Both the position numbers and the translations under genes were made by a program. From assembly GCF_037042905.1 (NCBI RefSeq), contig NC_087245.1, positions 2,854,001 to 2,918,000 on the forward strand: a DNA stretch of 64,000 bases. Reading direction: 5' to 3'. This stretch comes from Lytechinus pictus (Eukaryota). Positions 36,957-49,105 of this stretch are shown here, piece after piece (the stretch's first letter is position 1; each line of letters begins with the position of its first letter). The notes below the pieces were generated by a model. That model had not been told where the DNA came from and did not search any database. It was given only the letters and a program-made list of their open reading frames with translations.

Positions 36957-37405
36957 ACCGTGTTTACACTTAATCGGCATTTGAATCGGCTCGCGGTTCT
37001 GAACCGCGAGCCGATGCAGCATCGGCTTTTTCATAGCGTGTAAACGCGAGTAACTTGAATCAGCTCGCGGTTCAGAACCGGCAATTTGCACCACCAAAGT
37101 AGTAGGTTCTGAACCGCGAGCCGATGCAGAATCGGCTTTTTTACTACGTGTAAACAGAAAGCCGATTCTGCACCGGCAATTTGTGCGCATTTCAATTACT
37201 TTACCATTGTGACGTAATTGTTAGCGCACTAATCCAGCGTTGTCTTTATTATGACGTATATTGTAGGTATGCGTATCATTTGAAGTTTTTGCATCGGCTC
37301 GCGGTTCTGAACCGCGAGCTGTAACAACGTGTAAACGCAATCCAAATGCCGATTCTGCATCGGCATTTGGTTCAGAACCAAATGCCGATTAAGTGTAAAC
37401 ACGGT
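36957..37405 (-). mobile_element. Palindrome-rich MITE, copy 2, inverted
   Basis: Same TIRs and AT flanks. The core is the near-exact reverse complement of copy 1. Confidence 0.88.
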
Positions 37406-37423
37406 ATTAGTGATAAACATGAC

Positions 37424-37662
37424 CAGTGGCGGATCCGGGGGGGGGGGGGGTGTTTCCGGCCAGTGACCCATCCCCTTTTTGAGAGTCACATGCGAATATG
37501 CCTTTCTTATACAAGTGAGATAAGTGAGGACCTTTTTTTTTGCATGTAAAATTTTACGTGGAACAAAATGACCTTCATTTTTAGTGACAACCTTTTCTTT
37601 TTTGCTTGTCAAATTTTCCTTGGTGTGCCCCCTTCTTTTGAAAGATCCTGGATCCGCCCCTG
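37424..37662. mobile_element. Small hAT-like MITE with 8-bp TSD
   Basis: AACATGAC|CAGTGGCGGATCC...GGATCCGCCCCTG|AACCTGAC. Confidence 0.85.
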
Positions 37663-37847
37663 AACCTGACAACAGAATTTTGTATTCACAGTATACCTTT
37701 CTTTACTCTCAAGCATCTGGCAAGCTGTTGAGTTTTCGAAGGAATCCATTCATTGGTACATGTAGCATTATAGCATTATAATTTAGCAAACGTGACAAAT
37801 AAAAAGTGAAAATCAATCAACCTTTTCAACCCCTTAGCCAGGGTTTT

Positions 37848-38591
37848 AATTCTCGCTACCCCAAATAGCGATTTCGCCGAGATCCGGGAAAATCCCTGTA
37901 ACGTGCATTGCATTATGGGATAGCTTTTTCGGTATTACAACTTCCTGTTCGGAAGTCCAACGCACTGTTTTGCCATTTAGATCAACAGTGTCGTCATGCA
38001 CAACAACACAACGTAGCTTTCGCTCGGAAAGTTCGTGATCACAACCCTCTCTTTCACTAACAGTTTTACAGCCTTTTCTGCTAAAGTCACTAATTCTGCC
38101 TGACGCTTTCCATTGCACGGTATTCATCTGTCAGTTAAGATTTTTTAAAGTTCCGAAACTGATTTTTATCCATTTTGTGGTCGACGAAAAATTGAACGAA
38201 ATGAATGCTGAATATATTTAGTGTCTAGTTGAATACGATCGTGATGTCAGGCCGGTCGCTAAATGCAAAATTTTAAGATATTCATTATTTGTTTGATTTT
38301 TGTATAACCAAATAAAAACATGAATAAAAATTATTCTCACGTGAAATATATTTTTTTATTTTTATTTATTATTCAAATGGAATCAAAACTGACCAAATGT
38401 AATAAAAAGTATTATACTCTGTACATATTACGCTGATTGGCATCGATTTCAGCGTGGTGGAAAACTCAGTATCGCGAACCTCGCGCGAGCATGACTCTAA
38501 ACCGGAAGTGGTGATGACGACCCGACGGAGTGAAAATTATCTCGTCTCGCGCATTATGAGATTTTTGTTCCTATTTGGGGTAGCGAGAATT
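37848..38591. mobile_element. MITE with 21-bp TIRs
   Basis: AATTCTCGCTACCCCAAATAG pairs with CTATTTGGGGTAGCGAGAATT, with TTAA-like context at both ends. Confidence 0.8.
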
Positions 38592-38717
38592 TAAGGGGTT
38601 CGATGATTCAATTCTTCTCTTCCTTTATTGGCTGAAAAATTTGACGAGCAACAAAAAGTAAAAAAAAAATAATAAAAAAAATAAAATAAAAAAGGGCCAT
38701 CAGTGCAAACTCTTGGG

Positions 38718-39581
38718 CAGTGGCGTAATGAGCCAAAAAAATTTAGGGTTCCAGGTATGGCTTATTGGGCAAAATTTACGAAAAGTTGCAAGCGAGCAAA
38801 AATTTCGACATTTTTACTATAAAAAATAAAAATCTAATTTCATCCTTCTCTTTTCCTTTCTTTCCTGTTCGTGATTTTTATTGGGGGGGGGGGGGGGCAC
38901 CCCAAGGCCCTTCCTCATCTGTACGCCACTGATCTTGGCAGTGGCGTACGCAGGGGGGGGGGGGTTACAGGGGTTCAACCCCCTTAACTTTTTTGATACC
39001 CCAACTCCCCTATTGGTGGTGAAGACCTTTTTTTGGGGGGGGGGGTCAACATTTCATTCAGGTTCCATGAGCCTGATTACAACAGGAAGGCTAAAGATAT
39101 GCGTTCGACCCAACCCATTCGAATTTTTATCAATTCGATTTTGCTAATTGACAAAAGTGTATGAACATAATTCAAAATCTAATACTGATTCTAGAAATGG
39201 TAACTATATACTGAACTTCATTTTCCCATATTGGAAAGATATATCAATGAGTTTGGAACTAGTTTTTGACTAGCGGAAGAATTAGGGCCATTTTACTGTT
39301 TCAGTTGATAAATTTGATCCCATCATAGTTATCTTCATAAATTGCGATTGTTTTTTTAAAATGAGCTGGCTTCGATACCCTTCTCCGGATCGGATATGGA
39401 ATGTCAGATATATATCCTATCCAATAGTAGTAAACATTCGACCCTCTAATTTCACATTTATTTTTTATGAATTTTTCAAGTGCCATTTTAACACACAAGT
39501 CTATGGGGAACATATTATGCGCGTGACGCCTTCAGCTTGAACCCCCCCCCCTTAAAAAAATACTGCGTACTACACTTCTGG
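38718..39581. mobile_element. Two adjacent CAGTGGCGTA-type MITEs (38718-38931 and 38939 to ~39581)
   Basis: First is CAGTGGCGTA...TACGCCACTG; second is CAGTGGCGTACGCAG...CTGCGTACTACAC. CTCTTGGG flanks the pair and ATCTTGG lies between them. Confidence 0.65.
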
Positions 39582-39879
39582 CTCTTGGGTCTTTCGTCTC
39601 CGAAGAATTTGACGAGCAAAAAATGAAAGAAAAAAAAATCCTCGGTCGAAATTCTTGGTCATTTCGTCCCCCAAAAAGTTTTCCTTCCGTATTTTTATTT
39701 CTTGCTTTTGAAAATTTAGGGGGTTCAATCGTACCCCCCCCCCCCCCCCGGTCTACAGGCTTGCTTTTATTGTGCAAGTCAATCATTCCATTATTTTCTC
39801 CTATTTATCTAAAAAAAATTGCATTCATTTGGACAACAATAGAAATTCTCCAGTTAATCTCTATTCTTTTGTGTGTGCT

Positions 39880-40110
39880 TTATGACTGGCGAGACTACTA
39901 TTTGCACAGCAGCTGCCGGTTACCTGTCAATCAAAACCTTGGTAAAGACGTGAGTTGTCTTCCCATTGGCCAATTGTTATACTGGGTGGGACTTCAGCAA
40001 TCGTCGTAGTAAACAGATGACTCTAGCTCTCTGTTCCTCCCCTTTCCCAACACGTGTTTGGTAACTTCATTCAATAGCATACACACAGTGCAATGTGTTG
40101 ACTCGCAAGC
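39880..40110 (+). promoter_or_regulatory. Candidate proximal promoter of the plus-strand gene
   Basis: Unique, locally GC-richer sequence with back-to-back CCAAT boxes (ATTGGCCAAT near 39965), CACGTG near 40051, GACGTG and CAGCTG. It lies upstream of the exon at 41800, at the boundary where TE density drops. Confidence 0.4.
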
Positions 40111-41137
40111 TTCCCAAGCTTCGGTGGAAAATTGCTCTAAATTTGAATGTTATTGATGCTTCTTTGTGACATGATACCGAAGAAGCTGGAAACTTGTATA
40201 ATATCTTCTTCTTCACAGACATTAATACGGCTTACCGATACCTTGATCTTGGACATGGACAATTATTTGGTCGAGGTCACAGCCACACTCAAAACAAGGG
40301 CTCACAATACACAGCTTTGGCCTTTGCTGCTTTGATCATTTATTTGGACATTGAGGTGGAAACGTGATCGTGGAAGAATTTGGATGTTTGAGACCCAGGT
40401 TTGAGACAACTGATTAACAAATTTTTACTTTTGACTGGAGACCTGTTAAACTTGCCACGTGGAGAAAATTAGATTAATCTTAGATCATAGTCCCTTGGAA
40501 AACTGTCAGCAGTTCAATTGAGTTGAGCTTTAGTTTAGCCTGCTGTGTGTGTGTAGACCATTGACTGGCCCGGTCAAAACATCAAAGCTCCCTGGTCAAA
40601 CAGAACTTCCTGTGGCTGTGAGTTGGAGAGGGTTTTTTGTTGTTCATGTAGGTCGCAAGGGGTCAACAGCGTAGTATTACAGCTACTGCCCTCGGCAGTT
40701 TATGTTCGCTGATCTCGCTCGTACCGTTACACTTTACAGTGCCAATGTTAATTGGGAATATCAATAATGAAGACATTACATCTAATCTAGATCTCCTGGT
40801 AAATAGTGTCTGATGTAAAAGTAAGGATATTGTTGAACCATGGATACTAACGAGTAACGTTACACTTTCACATAATATTGGGCGATGGATATTCCTTCAA
40901 CAAATAGATCTAGTATACCCATGTATAGACTTCAAAGTTGATTTGTGAATCAGCTCTACTGTGAATTTTACTCGGCCATCATTGCAAGTTTGATTATATT
41001 TACTGTTGGTATTGATACTTTTCTCGACAGACTGATGGGAAATCAAATTAGAAGAGTTTTGTTCCCTAGAAATGTATCGGTGGAATGGAAAATGAAATGT
41101 AATTTGTTAAAGTGATCCTTACAATCCCTCCTTTCCT

Positions 41138-41716
41138 TTAAAGGACAAGTCCACCCCATTAAAAAGTTGGTTTGAATAAAAAGAGAAAAATCCAACAAGA
41201 ATAACACTTCATTAAAATTGGATGTAAAATAAGAAAGTTATGACATTTTGAAGTTTCTCTTAATTTCACAAAACAGTTATATGCACATCCTGGTCGGTAT
41301 GCAAATGAGGAGACTGATGATGACGTCATTTTGTTACATGAAATATGAAATATTCAAATGTTCTATTCAATGTCAAGTGAAACAATGATTAATTCCTCCC
41401 TGATCATGTGGAATTAGCCTTGTTTAATATTATATGGCTGTCAAGTTGGTCCTTATTGTCAAATCTGTAAAAATTGAAATATTGTAGGCTATATAGTGAG
41501 TGAAGGACATCATCGACTGTCTCATTTGCATGTCTCTGAGTGGTGCATACAGGTATAACTGTTTTGTGAAAAATAAACCAAACTTTAAAATGTCATAACT
41601 TTCTTATTTTACAATCACATCAGATTTTGATGAATTTTTCAGCATTATGCTAATTAGATTTTTTTTCTATAGATATATTCAAATAAACAATTTTCTGGGG
41701 TGGACTTGACCTTTAA
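41138..41716. mobile_element. Kolobok-like MITE with TTAA TSD
   Basis: TTAA|AGGACAAGTCCACCCCA...TGGGGTGGACTTGACCT|TTAA, with extended inverted subterminal similarity. Confidence 0.88.
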
Positions 41717-41912
41717 CCACTTGAATAAATCTTGAGTGAGGTAGCCTTACTTCATTGTGCTGGAGCAGTTTTTCAAGAGATTTGTGCCTATTTACATAGG
41801 TTTTGCCACCTGAACCTGTGCATTCAAGCAAGGTTGATGAATCGACTCTTTGAATCATCATGAGGAATTATTCAAGTTGCAAGTCACAAGACTAGATCAA
41901 ACAAGAGAAAAG

Positions 41913-41978
41913 ATGGATGGTCGTAAGAAAGAAAGAAGACGTTACTCAAGCTATGAATCAAGGAGTTTTAATACACAG
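41913..41978 (+). CDS. Candidate first coding exon (exon 41800-41978) of an unidentified host gene: MDGRKKERRRYSSYESRSFNTQ
   Basis: Acceptor TTTACATAG at 41799, AAAGATGG Kozak context, strong donor CAG|GTAAGC at 41978, phase 0. Confidence 0.55.
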
Positions 41979-44900
41979 GTAAGCAATGAAGTAGTCTCAA
42001 CACTCGTTGATTTCAAATTCACTTTTATTATACTTAGGATGTACGAACAACTAAGGTGAAAAAAACTTTATGAAACCCCTTTTGAATATTTCAAAGTAAT
42101 GAAATATATCAATTATTGAAATGGTGAAATTCAGCCTTATGTATGTACCTGGTAATTTCATAAGAATGATACTACTGATTTGTGGTTATGTCAGAATTTA
42201 AAAATGATTTAAAAGAGAGTTGGGTTGTACTTTCCCCAGGTTACAGAGTTACAGTTACATACCTTGGCCTCCTGTATCACAATAAAACACTGCATGATTA
42301 CAGAAAAAATGAATTTAGTGAAAGTTTAAAAGTTTTGTCATTCATAAAATCTAGAAAAATTTCGCTTATCTCCATTTCCGAATTGCCTTCTTGGCAGTGG
42401 ATAAACAAATCTTGTTTGGCATGACCCAATATACCTGTATTTCCTAACAAAGTCAATGTCAAGTCAATTTCAAATTAATACTTTTTTTATGAAAGTAGTT
42501 CTTGATAATTGTCATATGCTTGTCAGTCATAGCTTGATTACAGGTATTGTGGTTTCTTTATTATTTGTTTGTTACTACACTTTCCAGGAAAAAAACCACA
42601 TCTTTTTTAGATGGCAAGTCTATCTTGTTATCCATAGGTCAATGACTCAATGTTGATGATTTGTTTAAAATCTAGAAAACAATTATTATGAAAGCATATT
42701 GTAAAGTGTTTACTCTGCATGACAATGGATATTAAGCATTGTGATGAGACAGGAAAATTCTAAATTTACGATCAATGATTGAATGTTGCTGATGTAGAAA
42801 TTAATTATTATAATGACTCATTGTAAAGTGTACTTGACTTAATACATGAAAATATTTATTGAGCATTGATACACAAAAATTATTGATTTACTCTACTTAA
42901 AACGTATTAATCTGGGAGATGGAACCATGATAGGGTGCTTTAAAGGTTTTGAGAAAGGTTAACTGGATTAAAGCAGTCTGGATATTGTCTTACCAGTATC
43001 AGGCTTTGTCTGTAAATGGTCTACACCAAATTCAATTTGCATCATTCAATCTTATTGTGCAAACATATGGTTGTAATCTAATGAATTTATGGATTTCTAG
43101 AAATAACATATGGTTGATGTGAAAAGAAATGCAATATTTTTATTTGAATAATGTTGCAAATGAATACTACTCAGCACTAGGAAGAACTTTGTCATTTTGA
43201 TGAACTGATATTGATGCAGGCCTACTAGTGCCCTTTGGTAGAGATAAAAACAATCACTTTGCAAAAAATTGTACACAAAATCTCTTTTTTAATCAAAATA
43301 TTTTATCATAGAGATTTAAATCTTTTAAAAAACAAAATCAAACGATATATATGTTTGCCTTGATCAACATCAATTGCAAAAACAATTGATATTCTTAATA
43401 TAATGACAGTATTTTCTTCTTGGATCTGGCAGAAATAATGTTTTACATAACAAAATTGAATTTAGATTGCCTGTCATTGGAGAAACCAAACAAAGGAGGA
43501 ATTTCTATTAAAAAACAATTTCATTATGGAGGACAGATGTTTGCACATCACAAATTGATTGACACGTGACCGGGCATTCCCAAAACAAATTATGAATTGG
43601 TTTCAACTGAAGATTTACAAATTGTATAGGAATTAGTTTCTACCATGGACCTACTACTCTGACGGAGTAGTAGGTCCATAATTCTATTATTAGCTATTAA
43701 AAGTAGCTAAACCCATCTGATCTGATGAACATTAATTGTTAGCCCCAATAACACAATGTAAGATTCAGAATTGAAATTAGTTGAAAGGCAATATTTTTTT
43801 AAAAGGTAAAGTGTACGCTTTCATTCTATCATAAAAATTTATTCCCCCTTCATTTCTGGTGTTGCTATTTTCAAAAATATTTACTAAAGAAATTTTATGA
43901 ACATATTTGTGTATTCTTTAAACCTTTCTTGAATGGCATATTAACTGTCCTGAAATGCTTTGCTTGAAGTATGAATCTAGATAGTATTAGTACCTCTTTT
44001 TCATTCTGTTAACTTAAAAGTGCTGATGTCAAAGAATTGCACTAGAGAAACTATGATGAATACTACCGTGTATAAAAATCAAATGAGAAAAAAAGAGTGC
44101 CACATTCATTGAACATAATATATGAGTGACACTGTAATCAACCCTGTTGGTGATATTGCCTGTGGATGCATAAATCATAGTTTTTAGCAGTGACATGGAT
44201 GCTCTCCATTTCACAATTCTTTTGTGACTGATTTTTTACAAAGTTTATTGATATACTTTCTCTCTTCAGGGATCACAGATTCTACAGTACTTTATGTGCA
44301 GACATGCTCTTTTTTTCATGGCCTACCTTTTTTCAATGCTTACCTTTAAAAATAATTTCTGCACTGAAAGCAGTTTTCTGTTTGAAATAAGATGTTAATA
44401 CAGTCACCAAAGTGAACACTATACAGTAATGGAGAGTTTCAATGAATCCAATATTGATATTCCATCTCATTTTGATATTCTACCGAAAGAATTATGAAAT
44501 ATGGTAGATATGTAGGTGGATTATTTCATTGATCATATTTCTAAAGTTTATTATCATGAATATAATAGGATAAAGCATGATTGATCACTGCTGGTTCGAT
44601 GATGGATGAAGCTCAAGGAAACGTGCGCCTTTAATTTTGATGTTTGAATGGCTGCAGTTTTTTGCTGACCCAGCTTCATGCAGAAAGGAAAAAAATGTTG
44701 ATTGGGCTTTTTAAAGAATTATGTGACATTTAGACTACTTGGATATCAGTTATGACATTTGTGATGTTTTCAAACCAGTGGTGAAATGAGACCCTGTAGT
44801 ATTGTGGCAATTTAGTCATTTGGTGAATTATGAGCTGGAAGATGTCATTGTGGAGAACTGACATTTCAGACTGAGATTCTTATACATGTATCTATTGGGC

Positions 44901-45052
44901 AGAGTTGAATATGGACTTCATGGCTTTCAAGGTAATATGAAACTGAAGAATTTAAAGATATTGATTTGGTATATACAGTATATACAGATGAATAATATTG
45001 GATGATAAACAGAGAGAGAGAGAGAGAGAATCTCAGAGGACAGAGGAAGACA

Positions 45053-45478
45053 GGTTTATTTCCAATTCGTCCAATGCCAATTCGTCCAATTGCCAACTCG
45101 TCTACTATCATTTGGTCTACCATCAGTTCTTCCACTATCCACATGGTCTACTTTCATTTAGTCTAATGCCATTCCGTCTAATAACCTGTTCGTCCAACAG
45201 CCATTTGGTCCATTATGGACCCATATACCATTTGGTCTAATTAAACTAAAGTGTTAATTGTGCAAAATGAATAAAAAGAAAATGGGTATTAGACCAACTG
45301 ATTATTAGACGAAATGGTAATAGACGAACTGGTGATTAGACGAAGTGATGAATGGACCAAATGGCTATTGGACCAAATGGTTGTTAGACGAAATGTTGAT
45401 GGACGGAATGGCATTAGACTAAATGAAGGTAGACTATATGAGTGGATGAGTTGGCAGTGGACGAATTGGCAATTTACC
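45053..45478 (+). mobile_element. MITE with 15-16 bp subrepeats, GG...CC termini and probable 8-bp TSD
   Basis: GGAAGACA|GGTTTATTTCCAATTCGTCC...GGACGAATTGGCAATTTACC|GGAAGAGA. Colinear with 8039-8426. Confidence 0.82.
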
Positions 45479-45814
45479 GGAAGAGAGGGAGTGAGGTAGT
45501 CTGCTGTGCAAACCCTTCACCGAGTTAAGGGTCTGAATGTGCAGCCTACTCATGCCTTGTGTACTGAAGGCCCTCTCGAAACAGCAAGTTTTTTATGTGC
45601 TAGTCTTTGCGTGGAGACACACTTGCTGATCAAAGTTTCAATCAGGGTCTGTGCCTGCAGACTAGGGGTGAGTGGTGGGAGAGGAAGAGAGAGAGAGAGA
45701 GGGGGGGGGTAGTTTGCTGTGCAAACCCTTTGCTTGAGGATATTAGTACATGTAGTTGTCTGAATATGCAGCCTCTAGTACTTGACTTGGACTTGTGCAC
45801 CGAAGGTCCCTCAT

Positions 45815-46293
45815 TAGGTGGTTTCAGACCGCCTCTTAGTTCGCCAGTTCCAGGTATTCTCTGATCGGGAAATTTACCCCGATCAGAAAATACCAGGTAT
45901 TTTGGCGGTGTGAAAGCAAACTACGCGTAATATCCCCGAAAGAAAATACCCGATAAATAGTAGGTACTTGGCGAAATTACGAGAACTTTCGCGGGGATTT
46001 TTCCAAGGTCGTGGGTATTTTGGCGGTCTGAAAGCAAATTACGGGAACTTTTAGCCCAGCGTGTCGTTGGGTGCGGCGCCGTGCATGGGTTGCTGCTGGG
46101 CTAGTGATTTTGAATTTCGCGCCTTGCTGCTTATCAGACCATACTGCGCATGCTCGTAACTTCAGGAACTAATCCCGAAGGGTATGTTTCAGGGCGGTGT
46201 GAATGCAGGAATAATTAATGGGTATTTTTCAGCCTAAAAAAGTTCTCGTAATTTAACGGGGATTCTTGTGATCGAGGCGGTTTGAAACCACCT
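45815..46293 (+). mobile_element. MITE (PIF/Harbinger-ISL2EU-like), copy 1
   Basis: AT|TAGGTGGTTTCAGACCGCCT...AGGCGGTTTGAAACCACCT|AT. Confidence 0.88.
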
Positions 46294-46439
46294 ATATTTT
46301 TGCTACATTTGTATAGTGGTCTCATCACAAGCTGTGCCTTTGAGTTGCTACCTCCATTGTTTTGTTCAAGTTCTTAAAATGTATTGATGCTTTTATCGTT
46401 GGAAATAAATGTACTTTCATTCATTCAATAACAAACTTG

Positions 46440-47340
46440 AGAAGTACAATAAACGCTGCACTTTATTCAAAACCCATGTTATTTTCACCAAACTTTGCAA
46501 AGTTGTAGAAGAAAGTATACCTAAGATGTGCAAACATTAAAAAATATGGGTTCATATGCTTGTTTTCAAACTATCAGCACTTTTATTAGAGCAAATGTGC
46601 TTTAAAACACCAAAATTGTGCCAAATGCTTTGCATCTATGTGAGGAAAAATTCCAAACCATTATACCATTTATTCAAACTCTGGATCATATTCATCATAC
46701 TTTGCAGCGCTGCACAGTAAAGTAGTTTTAATTGTAGAGGTCTATGGAATAATCCCAGTTTATTAGATTCATAAAAATAACCCATCGGATCTGTTAAGGG
46801 CCGTCTGCACCAGCCCGAGTTTTCAAATAAGCGCGCTATTTCTGATCCGGCAAATTATCCCGATCTGAACAATCTCGAGATTATTTGTAACGGAGATGCA
46901 ATTATCGCGCTAGTTCGCAGGATTAATCTCGAGATTGCAATCCCAAGTCAACTTGGGATTATTTGCAAAATAGCGCGCTATTTTACGAATTAATTCACAG
47001 GTGCAGACGCACTCTGGATTATTTTATTCACGGCATCACACCTTAATGCATCGATGCCTCGCTCGAGCAGGAATTGCTCTTCTTGCGATGGTGGAGACGG
47101 GGTTTCTTGAATCTCGAGATTAATCGCGAAGAGGGCCGATCGGGCTAAAATCTGGAGATTGAGCAATCTCAGGCTGGTGCAGCACCGCCTTTTGAGTGCA
47201 GATAATGAGAAAAATCAGCTCATACCTAAAGCTGATTAATCACCTGTTCATCAATTGTGACGTCAACGCGCACAGTGTAAAATACATGTATGCGCAGATC
47301 ATGATACATGTGCACAAACATAACTGTGGAACGTCCTTAA
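46440..47340 (+). mobile_element. Left-truncated copy of the 53587-54527 TTAA element
   Basis: Colinear with 54020-54527 and ends AACTGTGGAACGTCC|TTAA. Confidence 0.82.
46798..47190. mobile_element. PIF/Harbinger-like MITE nested in the TTAA element
   Basis: TAA|GGGCCGTCTGCACCAGCCCGAG pairs with CTCAGGCTGGTGCAGCACCGCC. Internal AATCTCGAGATT palindromes. Absent from the sister copy near 54390. Confidence 0.75.
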
Positions 47341-48620
47341 ATCAGGTGGAAATTATTTTCATCTTCATAATGTACTGTACATATACATTATACTTTCCAG
47401 TTTTCTATTAATTGTGGATTGTTTATATTGCTGCATGCTACATGTAATTAACTGTACAACAGTGTACATTGTACATGAATGTGCCCTACTGCTCTCAGTG
47501 ATGATACAGTGTACTAGTATATTCATTCAATTCAATTCAATTTGGTTTATTATGAAAGACATTGTAAAACAGTCCGAAGACTGACACATACAAAGTTAAC
47601 AGAAAAAAAGGAAAAATACATTAAATTATATACCTACGAATTAACAAAATATAATAAGAACATAATAGTAAGATTAAATATTGCACTCGAGGTTCAGAAA
47701 TATAATTAAGAATTAAGGGGATAATGCTATATAAAGAGAAAATAGAATGACCGATAAAAACACACAAAAATATTGGGATATGTATTATGTTGATTGATTT
47801 CAATGTAAACTGAGGGGGGGGGGGGGGGACTTGTAAATTATGAAAAGGGAGGTGAAGGGTGAAGGGAAGAAAACAATGTCATACTTTTACACACAAATTA
47901 TATACGAACATGAACAAGGGTTGACATTGAGTTCAATGGCATATAAAGAGGCACATATCACAGAGCAGCATTCAATAATGCTGTGACATGAGGGATAGTT
48001 GAGTTCTTGTATCTCTGAGTTCTGCATCGCGGTAAGTCCAGAAGATGTGCATTACGCAGGGCCGAACTGTTAACTTTTTTTTAATATTACATACTGAAAT
48101 ACTGTATTGGATATATTTTAGGATCATCATTTTAGTGGGGGGGGGGGGGCCTTTGGATGTAAAATTTGAATTGTCTTCCTTCACATAGCAAGTTGAAAGC
48201 TCTGTTTAACTGGAATTCTCTGGCTGATTGATTTCTTTAAAAAACTGTGTGTGCTTTGTTTATCAATATTTTTACATGGGATAAAAAAAAAATCATCTAT
48301 GTACATGTACATGCATACCTTTCTTGTACAAGTGTAATGCATAATTTTGCGATCGTTATGGTTACAGTCTTTGATATTAATTCACATTTTTCACATAATT
48401 CTCCAGATATGCCTTGTCTTGTCAATTCTCACAGTATACAGTGATTTGAGAGAAAGTCTTAAAATTAGAGACAAATACATCATGTAATGTTCTAAAGCTA
48501 AAAACCAGTAGGCAGTACATGTACTCATGTAGCTCTACTAAAATTTGCCAAAACAAATAACTTGTGGGCATATATGTACATGTATGATTGGAGAATATAC
48601 CTGTCTGATGGCATGTCTAT

Positions 48621-49105
48621 AGGTGGTTTCAAACCGCCTCGATCACAAGAATCCCCGTTAAATTACGAGAACTTTTTTAGGCTGAAAAATACCCATTAAT
48701 TATTCCTGCATTCACACCGCCCTGAAACATACCCTTAGGGATTAGTTCCTGAAGTTACGAGCATGAGCAGTATGGTCTGATAAGCAGCAAGGCGCGAAAT
48801 TCAAATCACTAGCCCAGCAGCATCCCATTGGCCATGCACGGCGCCGCACCCAACGACACGCTGGGCTAAAAGTTCCCGTAATTTGCTTTCAGACCGCCAA
48901 AATACCCACGACCTTGGAAAAATCCCCGCGAAAGTTCTCGTAATTTCGCCAAGTACCTACTATTTATCGGGTATTTTCTTTCGGGGATATTACGCGTAGT
49001 TTGCTTTCACACCGCCAAAATACCTGGTATTTTCTGATCGGGGTAAATTTCCCGATCAGAGAATACCTGGAACTGGCGAACTTCGAGGCGGTCTGAAACC
49101 ACCTA
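48621..49105 (-). mobile_element. MITE, copy 2, inverted relative to 45815-46293
   Basis: Near-identical reverse complement, with AT on both sides. Confidence 0.88.

Noticed and set aside
36530..37672. Repeated peptides such as LAVQNREP in several ORFs
   Set aside because: They are translations of palindromic MITE subrepeats.
45815..49105. Past inversion between the inverted MITE pair
   Set aside because: The flanks do not show swapped TSDs, and the palindromic AT duplication is uninformative.
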